The notes: generated by a model from the sequence alone, not told the origin. Positions 14,555 to 22,856 are shown, counted from the first letter of the stretch. The stretch is DNA of 35,462 nucleotides from Clostridia bacterium (GCA_017500905.1 JAFVXX010000114.1:1-35462); one strand, 5' to 3'. Made by a program: numbers and translations.

Positions 14555-16456
14555 TTACTTTTTGATTGCCTTTGGCTTAGCAGGACACTTGCTTACGCAT
14601 GCGCCACACTTGACGCACTTGTCGGGGTTGATTGCATATGCATTAAGTCTTGCATTTGCGCCTGTTTTGTCGGTACGGTAAATTGCGTTGGTTGGGCAAT
14701 TACGTGCGCACAAGCCACAGCCAAGACACAAATCGGTGACGATTTCGTAGTTGAGCAAGCTACGGCAGGAGCCTGCAGGACATTTTTTGTCTACGATGTG
14801 GGCAACGTACTCGTCCCTAAACTCCTTCAGGGTGGACAGCACGGGGTTGGGGGCAGATTGTCCCAAAGCGCACAATGCGCTGGATTGAATGGTTGTTGCA
14901 AGGTTTTCCAGCTCAAACAGGTCGTGCATTTCGCCCTTACCCTCGGTGATTCGGTTGAGTATTTCCAACATACGCATGTTGCCTATACGGCATGGCGTAC
15001 ATTTGCCGCACGACTCCTCTACGGTAAACTCCAAGTAGAACTTGGCAATGTTTACCATACAGTCGTCCTCGTCCAGTACAATCATACCACCACTGCCCAT
15101 CATGGAGCCTTTGGCAACCAGGCTGTCGTAGTCAACGGGGGTGTCAAGGTCCTTTTCCGAAAGGCAACCACCACTTGGGCCACCCGTTTGTACAGCCTTA
15201 AACTTTTTGCCGTTGGGTATGCCACCACCAATGTCGTAGATGATTTCACGCAAGGTAATGCCCATTGGCACCTCTACAAGGCCACCGTTGTTTATTTTGC
15301 CTGCCAATGCAAACACCTTGGTACCGGTAGATTTTTCCGTACCGATGCTTGCAAAGTTGGACGCACCGTTTAGCAAAATGTAGGGGATGTTTGCCCAGGT
15401 TTCGACGTTGTTTACGTTGGTTGGCTTGCCGTACAAGCCCTTTTCTGCAGGAAAAGGAGGCTTCAAGGTTGGCTCGCCACGCTTGCCCTCGATGGAGTGA
15501 ATAAGCGCTGTTTCTTCGCCACAGACAAATGCGCCTGCGCCGTACTTAATCTTGATGTTGAAGCTAAATCCCGTGCCCATGATGTTGTCGCCCAAAAGGC
15601 CCATTTCGGTTGCTTGCTTGATGGCAATACGCAAACGCTTGATGGCAAGTGGGTACTCGGCACGGATGTAGATATAGCCCTCGTCGGCACCAATTGCGTA
15701 ACCGCAAATTGCCATGGATTCTAGCACCGAGTGTGGGTCGCCCTCCAAAATGGAGCGATCCATAAATGCGCCCGGGTCGCCCTCGTCGGCGTTGCAAATC
15801 ACGTACTTTTTCTTGCTTTTTGCATTTTTGGCAAATTTCCACTTCAATCCCGTTGGAAATCCTGCGCCACCACGACCACGAAGTCCCGATGCCGTAACAA
15901 CCTCAATTACTTGGTCGGGTGTCATATCAAACAAAGCCGTAGCCAATGCTTGGTAGCCCTTGGCAGCAATGCTTTCGGCAATTTCCTCAGGGTTGATTAG
16001 TCCACAATTGCGCAACGCAATGCGGTTTTGCTTTTTGTAAAAGTCGATGTTTTCTTGCGTAAACACACGCTCGCCGTTGTTGTTTTTGTACAACAAGTGG
16101 TTGATTACGTCGTGACTACATACGTGACGACGGATGATACGCTCGGTTTCTTCTACAGTGACCTTTGTGTAAAAGGTGTGGTCGGGGAAAATCTTTACTA
16201 TTGGTCCACGCTCGCAAAAGCCAAAGCAGCCTGTAATTGCCACCTCTACCTTGTCCTCTACGCCGTACTCCTTTGCCCAATGCTTCAAGGATTTTACAAT
16301 TTCCTCCGACTTGGAGGACATACAGCCTGTGCCACCACAAACGGAAATATGGTACTTTTCGGGCTTTTCCTGCAAGGTGGTGCGTTTTTCAATTAGCTCC
16401 TTTACGTTGTCATACATGGTAAGGAGTTGCTCTTTAGATGTAATTTTTGTACACAT
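14555..16456 (-). CDS. hydB: NADH-binding flavoprotein subunit of bifurcating-type hydrogenase (NuoF-like, HydB/HndC)
   Basis: 633 aa. The N-terminal thioredoxin-like 2Fe-2S domain contains CGGTGC...CFGFC. The NuoF FMN/NADH core contains GRGGAGFPTGLKW. The C-terminus carries a 2x[4Fe-4S] ferredoxin (CLGCGLCARNCP, CVKCGACVSKCP). Confidence 0.95.
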   Translation of the reverse strand: MCTKITSKEQLLTMYDNVKELIEKRTTLQEKPEKYHISVCGGTGCMSSKSEEIVKSLKHWAKEYGVEDKVEVAITGCFGFCERGPIVKIFPDHTFYTKVTVEETERIIRRHVCSHDVINHLLYKNNNGERVFTQENIDFYKKQNRIALRNCGLINPEEIAESIAAKGYQALATALFDMTPDQVIEVVTASGLRGRGGAGFPTGLKWKFAKNAKSKKKYVICNADEGDPGAFMDRSILEGDPHSVLESMAICGYAIGADEGYIYIRAEYPLAIKRLRIAIKQATEMGLLGDNIMGTGFSFNIKIKYGAGAFVCGEETALIHSIEGKRGEPTLKPPFPAEKGLYGKPTNVNNVETWANIPYILLNGASNFASIGTEKSTGTKVFALAGKINNGGLVEVPMGITLREIIYDIGGGIPNGKKFKAVQTGGPSGGCLSEKDLDTPVDYDSLVAKGSMMGSGGMIVLDEDDCMVNIAKFYLEFTVEESCGKCTPCRIGNMRMLEILNRITEGKGEMHDLFELENLATTIQSSALCALGQSAPNPVLSTLKEFRDEYVAHIVDKKCPAGSCRSLLNYEIVTDLCLGCGLCARNCPTNAIYRTDKTGANARLNAYAINPDKCVKCGACVSKCPAKPKAIKK

Positions 16457-16465
16457 AGTTTCCTC

Positions 16466-16933
16466 CTAATACTGAGCAATGATGCTTTCCACGTCTTCGG
16501 GCGTGATGTTGCCGTAGGTTTTGTCGTTGATTTGCAACACGGGCGCAAGTCCACAAGCACCAACGCAACGCAGGGTTGTGATGGTAAACTTGCCATCGGC
16601 AGTCGTTTGACCGTTTTTGATGCCAAGTATTTGCTCGACTCGTTCCAAAATTTTGTCCGAGCCACGAACAAAGCACGCCGTGCCCATGCAGATACTAATT
16701 ACGTATTCGCCCTTTGGCTCCATGCTAAAAAACGAGTAAAAGGACACTACGCCATACACCTTGGATACGTTGATACCCAGCTTGCGTGCCACGTGCGCCT
16801 GTACTACCATGGGTAGATAGCCAAAAATTTCTTGCGCACGGTGCAAAATGGCAATAAGCTCCTGCTCGTCGCAATTGCACTCCTGCTCGATAAACCGGTC
16901 CAGCTCGTTAAACATTTCTTCGTTTGTTCTCAT
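16466..16933 (-). CDS. hydC: NuoE-like 2Fe-2S subunit of the hydrogenase (HydC/HndA)
   Basis: 155 aa with a thioredoxin-like ferredoxin Cys pattern (ICMGTACFVRG ... LRCVGACGLAPV). AGGAGG SD. It is the first gene of hydC-hydB-hydA. Confidence 0.9.
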   Translation of the reverse strand: MRTNEEMFNELDRFIEQECNCDEQELIAILHRAQEIFGYLPMVVQAHVARKLGINVSKVYGVVSFYSFFSMEPKGEYVISICMGTACFVRGSDKILERVEQILGIKNGQTTADGKFTITTLRCVGACGLAPVLQINDKTYGNITPEDVESIIAQY

Positions 16934-16982
16934 AAAGAGTCTCCTCCTAAAAATTACTGCTTTTCAAGCAAACGCTGCTTTT

Positions 16983-17011
16983 ATTTTACCAAAGTTGACA
17001 CACAGTGTCAA
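16983..17011 (-). promoter_or_regulatory. hyd operon promoter with an overlapping perfect palindrome
   Basis: Minus strand: TTGACA (17011-17006), 17 nt, TAAAAT (16988-16983). The -35 is one arm of the palindrome TTGACAC-aca-GTGTCAA (16995-17011). Confidence 0.5.
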
Positions 17012-17065
17012 TATAAGCAGATTTTATTTTACCCAATCTTTACATACCAAATTTTTATGACAACA

Positions 17066-17096
17066 TAAAAAAAGACAACGCACGGATGCGTTGTCT
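17066..17096 (-). terminator. rho-independent terminator after hppA
   Basis: Stem agacaacgca (17073-17082) / tgcgttgtct (17087-17096) with loop cgga. A T-run follows on the minus strand. Confidence 0.85.
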
Positions 17097-17119
17097 TAGT
17101 TTTAGTTGTTGTTGTCCAA

Positions 17120-19210
17120 TTAGAACAAGCTTGGGAAAGCCTCAATTACGCCTGCAAATACAATTGCAACGATGGACAAAAGCTTGATCAAGATGTTGAT
17201 AGCTGGACCAGAAGTATCTTTGAATGGGTCACCAACTGTATCGCCAACGACTGCAGCCTTGTGGCAATCGCTACCTTTACCGCCGTGAGCACCCTTTTCG
17301 ATGTACTTCTTAGCGTTGTCCCAAGCGCCACCGGCGTTGGACATCATTACTGCAAGCATAAAGCCGGATGCGATTGCGCCAAACAACATACCTGTTACAC
17401 CTGGAACACCAAGGATTAGACCAACTACGATTGGAGCAAGGATGGTGATTACCGATGGCAATACCATTTGCTTCAAGCTTGCCTTTGTGCAAAGGTCTAC
17501 GCAAGAGTGGTAGTCAGGCTTGCCTGTACCTTCCATAAGGCCGGGGATTTCCTTAAATTGACGACGTACTTCTACTACGATGCTTTGAGCAGATTTGCCA
17601 ACAGAAGACATTGTCAATGCGCTGAATAGGAATGGAAGCATGCAACCAATGAAAGCACCAATTAGTACTTGTGGGTTCATGATGGACAAATCTATAGAAG
17701 TTGTGTCTACCAAGTTGATGAAGGAGCTTAGCAATGCAAGTGCAGTGAGTGCTGCCGAGCCAATTGCAAAGCCTTTACCTGTTGCAGCTGTTGTGTTGCC
17801 AAGGCTGTCCAATGCGTCGGTACGTTCACGAACGTATTCCGGCATACCGCTCATTTCGGCAATACCACCGGCATTGTCTGCGATAGGACCATATGCGTCG
17901 GTTGCAAGTGTGATACCAAGAGTAGAAAGCATACCAACTGCTGCTACACCAATACCAAAGAAGCCCATTGTACCTTGACCACAGATTAGGTAAGATGCAA
18001 TTACTACTGCAGATACGATAACTACAGGGATAACTGTGGATACCATACCAAGTGACAAACCGGAAATGATTGTTGTTGCACTACCTGTTTCGGTGCTACC
18101 TGCAAGATTTTTGGTTGGTTTGCTGTTGTCGGATGTGTAGTACTCGGTGAAGTAACCAATAAGCACACCGCCAAGAAGACCTGCAACCATGGCAACTGCC
18201 AAGAACCACCAATCAATGTTTACAAGCAAAATAAATGCTACGGATGCAACTGCTGCCAAGATACTTGCAATGTAAGTACCCTTACGCAATGCTGCAAGCA
18301 AGGATTTGGAAGAAAGATTTTCGCCTGTCTTTACAAAGAAGGTACCAATCAAGGATGCAACTACACCGATTACTGCAATTGCGACAGGAATCAACAAGCC
18401 CCAAACTGCCTTATCTGGCTCTGCAGCAAAGTACTCAGACATTGCTGCGTAGCCAAGTGCAACGGAGGATAGAAGGCTACCTACGTAGGATTCGTACAAG
18501 TCTGCACCCATACCGGCAACGTCACCAACGTTGTCGCCTACGTTGTCTGCAATAACAGCAGGGTTACGTGGGTCGTCCTCGGGGATACCTGCTTCGACCT
18601 TACCAACAAGGTCTGCGCCAACGTCTGCTGCCTTTGTAAAGATACCACCACCAACACGTGCAAACAATGCCATGGAGGATGCACCAATACCAAAGGTAAC
18701 CATTGCGTTGGTCAAAGCTGCGTATTCCAAACCAAATGCGTACTTGGTCAAGAAGTACCAGATGGAGAAATCCAACAAACCAAGACCTACTACTGTAAAG
18801 CCCATTACGGAACCAGCCTTGAAAGCAACCTTCAAGCCGCTGTTTAGAGACTTTTCTGCTGCGAAAGCTGTACGAGAGTTAGCTGTTACGGCAATATTCA
18901 TACCTACAAAGCCTGCCAAACCGGAGAAGATACCACCGGTTAGGAAAGCAAATGGGGTAAACTTGCTAACAAGCTCCAATCCCGGAACAAATGCAAGTAC
19001 CAACAATACTACAAACACTGCAGCAAAGAAAACGCCTACTGTTTTGTATTGTCTTTTTAGGTATGCGCTTGCACCCTTACGGATGGAAGCAGCAATTTCT
19101 TTCATTTTGTCTGTGCCTTCTGGAGCCTTTTTGACGCCATAGGCTGCAATAAGTGCGTAACCTAACGCCAAAATAGCAGCGATAGGAGCAATTATCATGA
19201 AAATTTCCAT
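17120..19210 (-). CDS. hppA: membrane-bound ion-translocating pyrophosphatase (K+-dependent subfamily signature)
   Basis: 696 aa with about 16 TM segments. Signature blocks are GDNVGDVAGMGADLYESY and DTVGDPFKDTSGP. GNTTAATGKGFAIGSAAL carries Ala at the known K+-dependence determinant, where K+-independent enzymes have Lys. Confidence 0.95.
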   Translation of the reverse strand: MEIFMIIAPIAAILALGYALIAAYGVKKAPEGTDKMKEIAASIRKGASAYLKRQYKTVGVFFAAVFVVLLVLAFVPGLELVSKFTPFAFLTGGIFSGLAGFVGMNIAVTANSRTAFAAEKSLNSGLKVAFKAGSVMGFTVVGLGLLDFSIWYFLTKYAFGLEYAALTNAMVTFGIGASSMALFARVGGGIFTKAADVGADLVGKVEAGIPEDDPRNPAVIADNVGDNVGDVAGMGADLYESYVGSLLSSVALGYAAMSEYFAAEPDKAVWGLLIPVAIAVIGVVASLIGTFFVKTGENLSSKSLLAALRKGTYIASILAAVASVAFILLVNIDWWFLAVAMVAGLLGGVLIGYFTEYYTSDNSKPTKNLAGSTETGSATTIISGLSLGMVSTVIPVVIVSAVVIASYLICGQGTMGFFGIGVAAVGMLSTLGITLATDAYGPIADNAGGIAEMSGMPEYVRERTDALDSLGNTTAATGKGFAIGSAALTALALLSSFINLVDTTSIDLSIMNPQVLIGAFIGCMLPFLFSALTMSSVGKSAQSIVVEVRRQFKEIPGLMEGTGKPDYHSCVDLCTKASLKQMVLPSVITILAPIVVGLILGVPGVTGMLFGAIASGFMLAVMMSNAGGAWDNAKKYIEKGAHGGKGSDCHKAAVVGDTVGDPFKDTSGPAINILIKLLSIVAIVFAGVIEAFPSLF

Positions 19211-19265
19211 TTTTTTATCTCCTTAAAGATTTTGTATTGTGTGTTAATGTATCATTAACCAAACA

Positions 19266-19294
19266 ATTATAAACTTTTTGTCAAAGTATGTCAA
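19266..19294 (-). promoter_or_regulatory. sigma-70-like promoter for hppA
   Basis: Minus strand: TTGACA (19294-19289), 17 nt, TATAAT (19271-19266). Confidence 0.5.
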
Positions 19295-19394
19295 CTGCTT
19301 TTGGGCCTTTGCCACAAACAATTTACTAAATGAGTAAATTAGGCCGCCGAGTGCACGTTGCACTGCAAGCAGCCTAACTACGTTTTACTTGTTG

Positions 19395-20975
19395 TCAATT
19401 GCCAAATGCGTCGTCCCAATTTGTGTCAATGTGGTCAAAGCTGTTGCCCTTTTGGCCATTGATACGGGCAATTTCATCCTTGATGATTTCGCCCAAGGTT
19501 TGCTCGTCAATTTCGACGTCCTTTTCGGCTGCTGCCGATTCGTCGGCAAAGGTGTCAAACACAGTCTGCTTGTCCTCCAGCATCTTGGTGATTTTTTCGT
19601 CAATGGTATCCTCGCAAAGCAACCTGTACACCAGCACGTTGCGTGCCTGTCCCATGCGATACGCACGGGAAATTGCTTGGTTTTCGATGGACGGCTTAAG
19701 CTGTGGTTCGCAAATAACCACCACGCTTGCCGACTGAATATTAAGTCCCGTGCCACCCGAAAGTATTTGTGCAACCAGCACCTGACCGGCAGGGGCGTTG
19801 TTGAAATCATCAATTATTTGCTGACGTCTTGCAGGGGGCACAGCGCCCGTGATGGGCTCGCAGCATTGGCCGTCAAACAGGCCTGCCACCTTGTTGATTG
19901 TGTCCAAAAAGAAGGAAAACACCAGCACCTTGCGTCCCTCGGCCTCGGCCTCCTCGACAATTTCGGCAAGGCGTATTGCCTTGGACGAGTGCTTGTCAAC
20001 CTCCGACACGTGCCAAGACAGCCTGCGTGCCTCGGGGTAGGTGCCGTGCAAAATGGCATGCTCGTAAGCCTTGCGCTCGATTGCGCCCATTTCGCACCAC
20101 TCCTTTGTTTCAATCAGCTCGGGCAGCTCGGTCAGCACGTCGTCACGCTTGCGCCTGTAGTAGACGGATGCAACCCTGTTTTTAAATTGCTCGGCTGTGG
20201 ACATAAAGGCAATGGTTGCCAGCTCCTTTGCCAAGGCAGGGTCCAGCACGCTTATTAAGCTGATCATTTCGTCCACCTTGTTTTCCAACGGGGTACCCGT
20301 CATAAACAGCAAGCGTGGAGCATGCTTGCACAGCCTTTTGCAGTTGACGGTGCGCTGCGCATTGGGGTTTTTGATGTAATGAGCCTCGTCCAACACAAGC
20401 ATCGACAGCTTGGAGCCTTGACTAAGCTTGAAGTGACGTGTGGTTTCGTAGGTTGTGACGGCAACGCCACCACAGGCAAGCCACCTATCCAATGCCTCTG
20501 CCCTGTGGGCTCCGTGCACCTTGATGGCCTTAAGTGTGCTGTGCTTGGCAATTTCTCTACACCAGTTGGTAAGCACGCTGGCAGGACAAACAACCACAAA
20601 ATGCGTTTCGCCCGTGTTGGCAAGCGCAACCATTGCAGCAATGGCTTGCACGGTTTTGCCCAAGCCCATTTCGTCTCCCAGTAGCACCCTTTCCTGATGC
20701 AATATGTACTTGACGCCCCACTCCTGGTAGCGACGAAGCTCGCAGGTTAGGCCCTGCAATGCAACGGGCACCTCTTGGATTTGCTGTGCCAGCTCCTCGG
20801 GCAAGCCGTACAATTGGTCGTCGTTGCCAATTACGTCGGGGCGCAGCTCCTCAATCAGGTTGAAGTAGGCAACGGTGTTTTGCTCAAAATCTGCCCACGC
20901 ATTGTCAGCATTGACGTAGACGTAGAATCCAACTGGTTGCAAGCCGATTGCACCACCTCGGCATAGTTGCCCCAA
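19395..20975 (-). CDS. SNF2-family helicase, ATPase core (second of two overlapping ORFs; true start unresolved)
   Basis: ELRRYQEWGV (Q-like motif), motif I LGDEMGLGKTVQ, motif II VLDEAHYIKN, and C-terminal lobe GGTGLNIQSASVVVICEPQLKPSIENQAISRAYRMGQ. The only start upstream of the Q-like motif is a TTG lying 121 nt inside the upstream ORF. Confidence 0.85.
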   Translation of the reverse strand: MGQLCRGGAIGLQPVGFYVYVNADNAWADFEQNTVAYFNLIEELRPDVIGNDDQLYGLPEELAQQIQEVPVALQGLTCELRRYQEWGVKYILHQERVLLGDEMGLGKTVQAIAAMVALANTGETHFVVVCPASVLTNWCREIAKHSTLKAIKVHGAHRAEALDRWLACGGVAVTTYETTRHFKLSQGSKLSMLVLDEAHYIKNPNAQRTVNCKRLCKHAPRLLFMTGTPLENKVDEMISLISVLDPALAKELATIAFMSTAEQFKNRVASVYYRRKRDDVLTELPELIETKEWCEMGAIERKAYEHAILHGTYPEARRLSWHVSEVDKHSSKAIRLAEIVEEAEAEGRKVLVFSFFLDTINKVAGLFDGQCCEPITGAVPPARRQQIIDDFNNAPAGQVLVAQILSGGTGLNIQSASVVVICEPQLKPSIENQAISRAYRMGQARNVLVYRLLCEDTIDEKITKMLEDKQTVFDTFADESAAAEKDVEIDEQTLGEIIKDEIARINGQKGNSFDHIDTNWDDAFGN

Positions 20976-22150
20976 AGGTGATTTTTAAGCAACGTGTAGC
21001 TGTCTACAGCCTCTTGCTTGGTCTCATTATCCTCAAAAAAGTACATACGTCCCGTGCCCAACTGCTCAAGACAGCCTACGGCATCGTGCAAGTCGTCGCT
21101 GTGGTTATTTTGCTGCTGCTCCAACAAAATAAGTGCCTTTTTGCTTTGGCGTAGACGGAAAATATCCTTGACAAGCTCGGTAGAAGCCTTGCTTTTGTTG
21201 TCCACCGAAAGCTTGAGCTTAAGCCCCTTTTTCATTTCCTCGGCAAAGCCAACGGAAACGTCCCTGATGTTCTCAGCCATTTCCCAGCTGATGCCATAGA
21301 TTCGTTCCAGCCTGCCGGTTGTGGCAAGGTAGGTGTCGGCAATTGAAGTGTAGCCTGCATCCACCAGCGTTTTGATGCGTATTCCCCCTTGACCACGTGA
21401 CAGCTCCTCTGTGGGGATTTTGCGTAGCGTTTCTATCAGCTGCTCGTCCAGCAGCTTGTCGATGGATTTTTCGACAATCCCACTACGCCTTTGCTGGATG
21501 TCGTCAATTTTGTCCAGCACCTGCTGAAGGCTTTCGTACCTGTCAAACAGCTTTTGCAAAAAGTCAGGCGTATTGCCAAACAAAATTTTGGGGTAGATTG
21601 CTTGCAATGCGCTGTAAAATGCTTGACGGTCATGCTCAAATGCCTGCTTGACGGTGGCAAAGTCCGTTGTGGTGAGGGCATCCAGCTGCGTCAATGCTTT
21701 TTTGACGTTGACAAAAAAGGGCGAATCCTTACGCTCATTCAGCTGTAGATAGGCGTCCTCCATCTTTTGCTTGTTTAGCGGCGACAAAAACAGCCACTTT
21801 ACTTGGTTTTTTGCAAGGCTTAGGTCGGCAGTTAGATTGTAAATTTTGCCCTGATTGTCCGAGTACACCTTGGTAAAGTACGTTGAGTATCTTTTGGCCT
21901 CGATGTAGCTGTACAGCAGCGTAAACAGGTGCTTCAGCTTGACAAAATCGGTTGGCTGCACAACGCCCTGCTCAAAATCGTTTTGCAGCAGGTTGTCAAA
22001 GGTGTGGCTGTAGGTGAGGTAATCCACGTCCGAAACCACGTCGTCGGCAATTGCGTTGTAACGAGTCCTTGCTTTGTAGACGTTGTGAAGCAGGTCGTAA
22101 AACTCCTGCAGCAAATCCTTAGATTGCTTAAACGTAAAGTTTTTTGGCAT
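20855..22150 (-). CDS. N-terminal (non-ATPase) portion of the SNF2-family protein, encoded as a separate ORF
   Basis: 431 aa behind an AAGGAG SD. It is helical and contains an HhH-like segment (GIRIKTLVDAGYTSIADTYLATTGRLERIYGISWEMAENI). Its end overlaps the ATPase ORF by 121 nt in a different frame. Confidence 0.65.
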   Translation of the reverse strand: MPKNFTFKQSKDLLQEFYDLLHNVYKARTRYNAIADDVVSDVDYLTYSHTFDNLLQNDFEQGVVQPTDFVKLKHLFTLLYSYIEAKRYSTYFTKVYSDNQGKIYNLTADLSLAKNQVKWLFLSPLNKQKMEDAYLQLNERKDSPFFVNVKKALTQLDALTTTDFATVKQAFEHDRQAFYSALQAIYPKILFGNTPDFLQKLFDRYESLQQVLDKIDDIQQRRSGIVEKSIDKLLDEQLIETLRKIPTEELSRGQGGIRIKTLVDAGYTSIADTYLATTGRLERIYGISWEMAENIRDVSVGFAEEMKKGLKLKLSVDNKSKASTELVKDIFRLRQSKKALILLEQQQNNHSDDLHDAVGCLEQLGTGRMYFFEDNETKQEAVDSYTLLKNHLWGNYAEVVQSACNQLDSTSTSMLTMRGQILSKTPLPTST

Positions 22151-22182
22151 GTAAAGCTCCTTGCAAAACTGGTATTACATCA

Positions 22183-22211
22183 ATTTTAGCACAAACAAAA
22201 GGTAATTTCAA
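22183..22211 (-). promoter_or_regulatory. sigma-70-like promoter for the SNF2 locus
   Basis: Minus strand: TTGAAA (22211-22206), 17 nt, TGcTAAAAT (-10 at 22188-22183). Confidence 0.45.
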
Positions 22212-22256
22212 TAAATTTTACCCTTAGAAATTGCACTAAATTGCATTTTTGCAAAC

Positions 22257-22288
22257 AAAAAAAGCGACAGGCCGATTGACCTGTCGCT
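22257..22288 (-). terminator. rho-independent terminator closing the repeat-array interval
   Basis: Stem gcgacagg (22264-22271) / cctgtcgc (22280-22287). A 7-nt T-run follows on the minus strand (plus-strand A-run 22257-22263). Confidence 0.7.
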
Positions 22289-22322
22289 GTTGGTGGAATA
22301 TACTTAACAAAAGTGGAAACTT

Positions 22323-22487
22323 AATGAAATCACCTATGGTGATGAAATCCTCGTTTCGCTCGGATGAAATCTTCGGTGTACAACCTCAGATGAAATTAAA
22401 TCCGCTCCTAATCCTGCCGCAAGGCAGATTTCATCGCAAAGCGATTTTATCCACAAACGGGGATTTATTCCGCATTAGCGGATTTAG
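22323..22487. repeat. array of GATGAAATC units followed by inverted GATTTCATC-like units
   Basis: The direct units are (A/G)ATGAAATC at 22323, 22341 and 22363, plus GATGAAAT at 22389. A central hairpin tgcc-gcaa-ggca lies at 22415-22426. The inverted units are GATTTCATC at 22427, GATTTTATCC at 22443, GGATTTATTCC at 22461 and GGATTTAG at 22480. Short hairpins sit between the units. Confidence 0.8.
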
Positions 22488-22490
22488 TTG

Positions 22491-22520
22491 AAAAAAACCT
22501 CATCCTGTTTGGATGAGGTA
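22491..22520 (-). terminator. rho-independent terminator after tRNA-Val
   Basis: Stem acctcatcc (22497-22505) / ggatgaggt (22511-22519). A T-run follows on the minus strand (plus-strand A-run 22491-22497). Confidence 0.8.
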
Positions 22521-22526
22521 TTTTTC

Positions 22527-22603
22527 TGGTGGAGACAGCAAAACTCGAATTTGCGACCCCTTGCATGTCAAGCAAGTACTCTAACCAACTGAGCTATGCC
22601 TCC
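22527..22603 (-). tRNA. tRNA-Val (anticodon GAC), CCA encoded
   Basis: The minus strand reads GGAGGCATAGCTCAGTTGGTTAGAGTACTTGCTTGACATGCAAGGGGTCGCAAATTCGAGTTTTGCTGTCTCCACCA. The acceptor stem is 7 bp, the anticodon stem is CTTGC/GCAAG with loop TTGACAT, and the T-loop is TTCGAGT. Confidence 0.9.
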
Positions 22604-22614
22604 AAGTAATGACT

Positions 22615-22643
22615 ATTGTACCACCAAAGCCCTTTTTTGGCAA
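22615..22643 (-). promoter_or_regulatory. sigma-70-like promoter for tRNA-Val
   Basis: Minus strand: TTGCCA (22643-22638), 17 nt, TGgTACAAT (-10 at 22620-22615), about 11 nt before the mature 5' end. Confidence 0.5.
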
Positions 22644-22724
22644 GCAAAATTGAGGTAAAAACATGTATTAAACAAAAAACCATTTGCAATTTATGCTACT
22701 TTGCTAAAAAATACATCAAATCAT

Positions 22725-22753
22725 TTGCAAAATTGAAAAACTTGTGCTATACT
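22725..22753 (+). promoter_or_regulatory. sigma-70-like promoter for tRNA-Glu
   Basis: TTGCAA (22725-22730), 17 nt, TGcTATACT (-10 at 22748-22753). Confidence 0.5.
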
Positions 22754-22772
22754 AACTAGGCAAACAACATAT

Positions 22773-22848
22773 GCCCTCATTGTCTAGAGGCCTAGGACGC
22801 CGCCCTCTCACGGCGGAAACAGGGGTTCGAATCCCCTTGGGGGTACCA
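22773..22848 (+). tRNA. tRNA-Glu (anticodon CTC), CCA encoded
   Basis: GCCCTCATTGTCTAGAGGCCTAGGACGCCGCCCTCTCACGGCGGAAACAGGGGTTCGAATCCCCTTGGGGGTACCA. The anticodon stem is CCGCC/GGCGG with loop CTCTCAC, the T-arm is AGGGG-TTCGAAT-CCCCT, and the D-arm GTCTAGAGGCCTAGGAC is typical of tRNA-Glu. Confidence 0.9.
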
Positions 22849-22856
22849 CTAAAAAG

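Noticed and set aside
13923-15373. Long antisense ORFs opposite hydA and hydB, for example 13923..14534 (+, 203 aa) and 14552..15373 (+, 273 aa). The same applies to 12849..13601 (+) opposite hydA, and to the plus-strand ORFs between 17301 and 19142 that lie opposite hppA.
   Set aside because: The sense-strand genes carry diagnostic catalytic motifs along their whole length. The antisense products are Cys/His/Arg/Val-rich and have no SD. They are mirror-frame artefacts.
19389-20258. A 289-aa plus-strand ORF opposite the SNF2 ATPase core.
   Set aside because: SNF2 motifs I, II and VI are on the minus strand. The plus-strand ORF is a mirror-frame artefact.
20855-20985. Programmed -1 ribosomal frameshift signal in the SNF2 overlap.
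   Set aside because: I could find no X-XXY-YYZ slippery heptamer or obvious downstream pseudoknot by eye. An indel or a genuine split gene is more parsimonious. It is kept as an open question in the findings.
22447-22455. A perfect DnaA-box consensus (TTATCCACA) inside the repeat array, raising the possibility of a replication origin.
   Set aside because: There is only a single perfect box. No dnaA or dnaN gene, AT-rich unwinding element or cluster of boxes is present. A lone 9-mer match in 35 kb on two strands is not far from chance expectation.
22323-22487. The repeat array as a CRISPR array.
   Set aside because: The units are only 8-10 nt, irregularly spaced (18-26 nt) and in both orientations. 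No cas genes are present.
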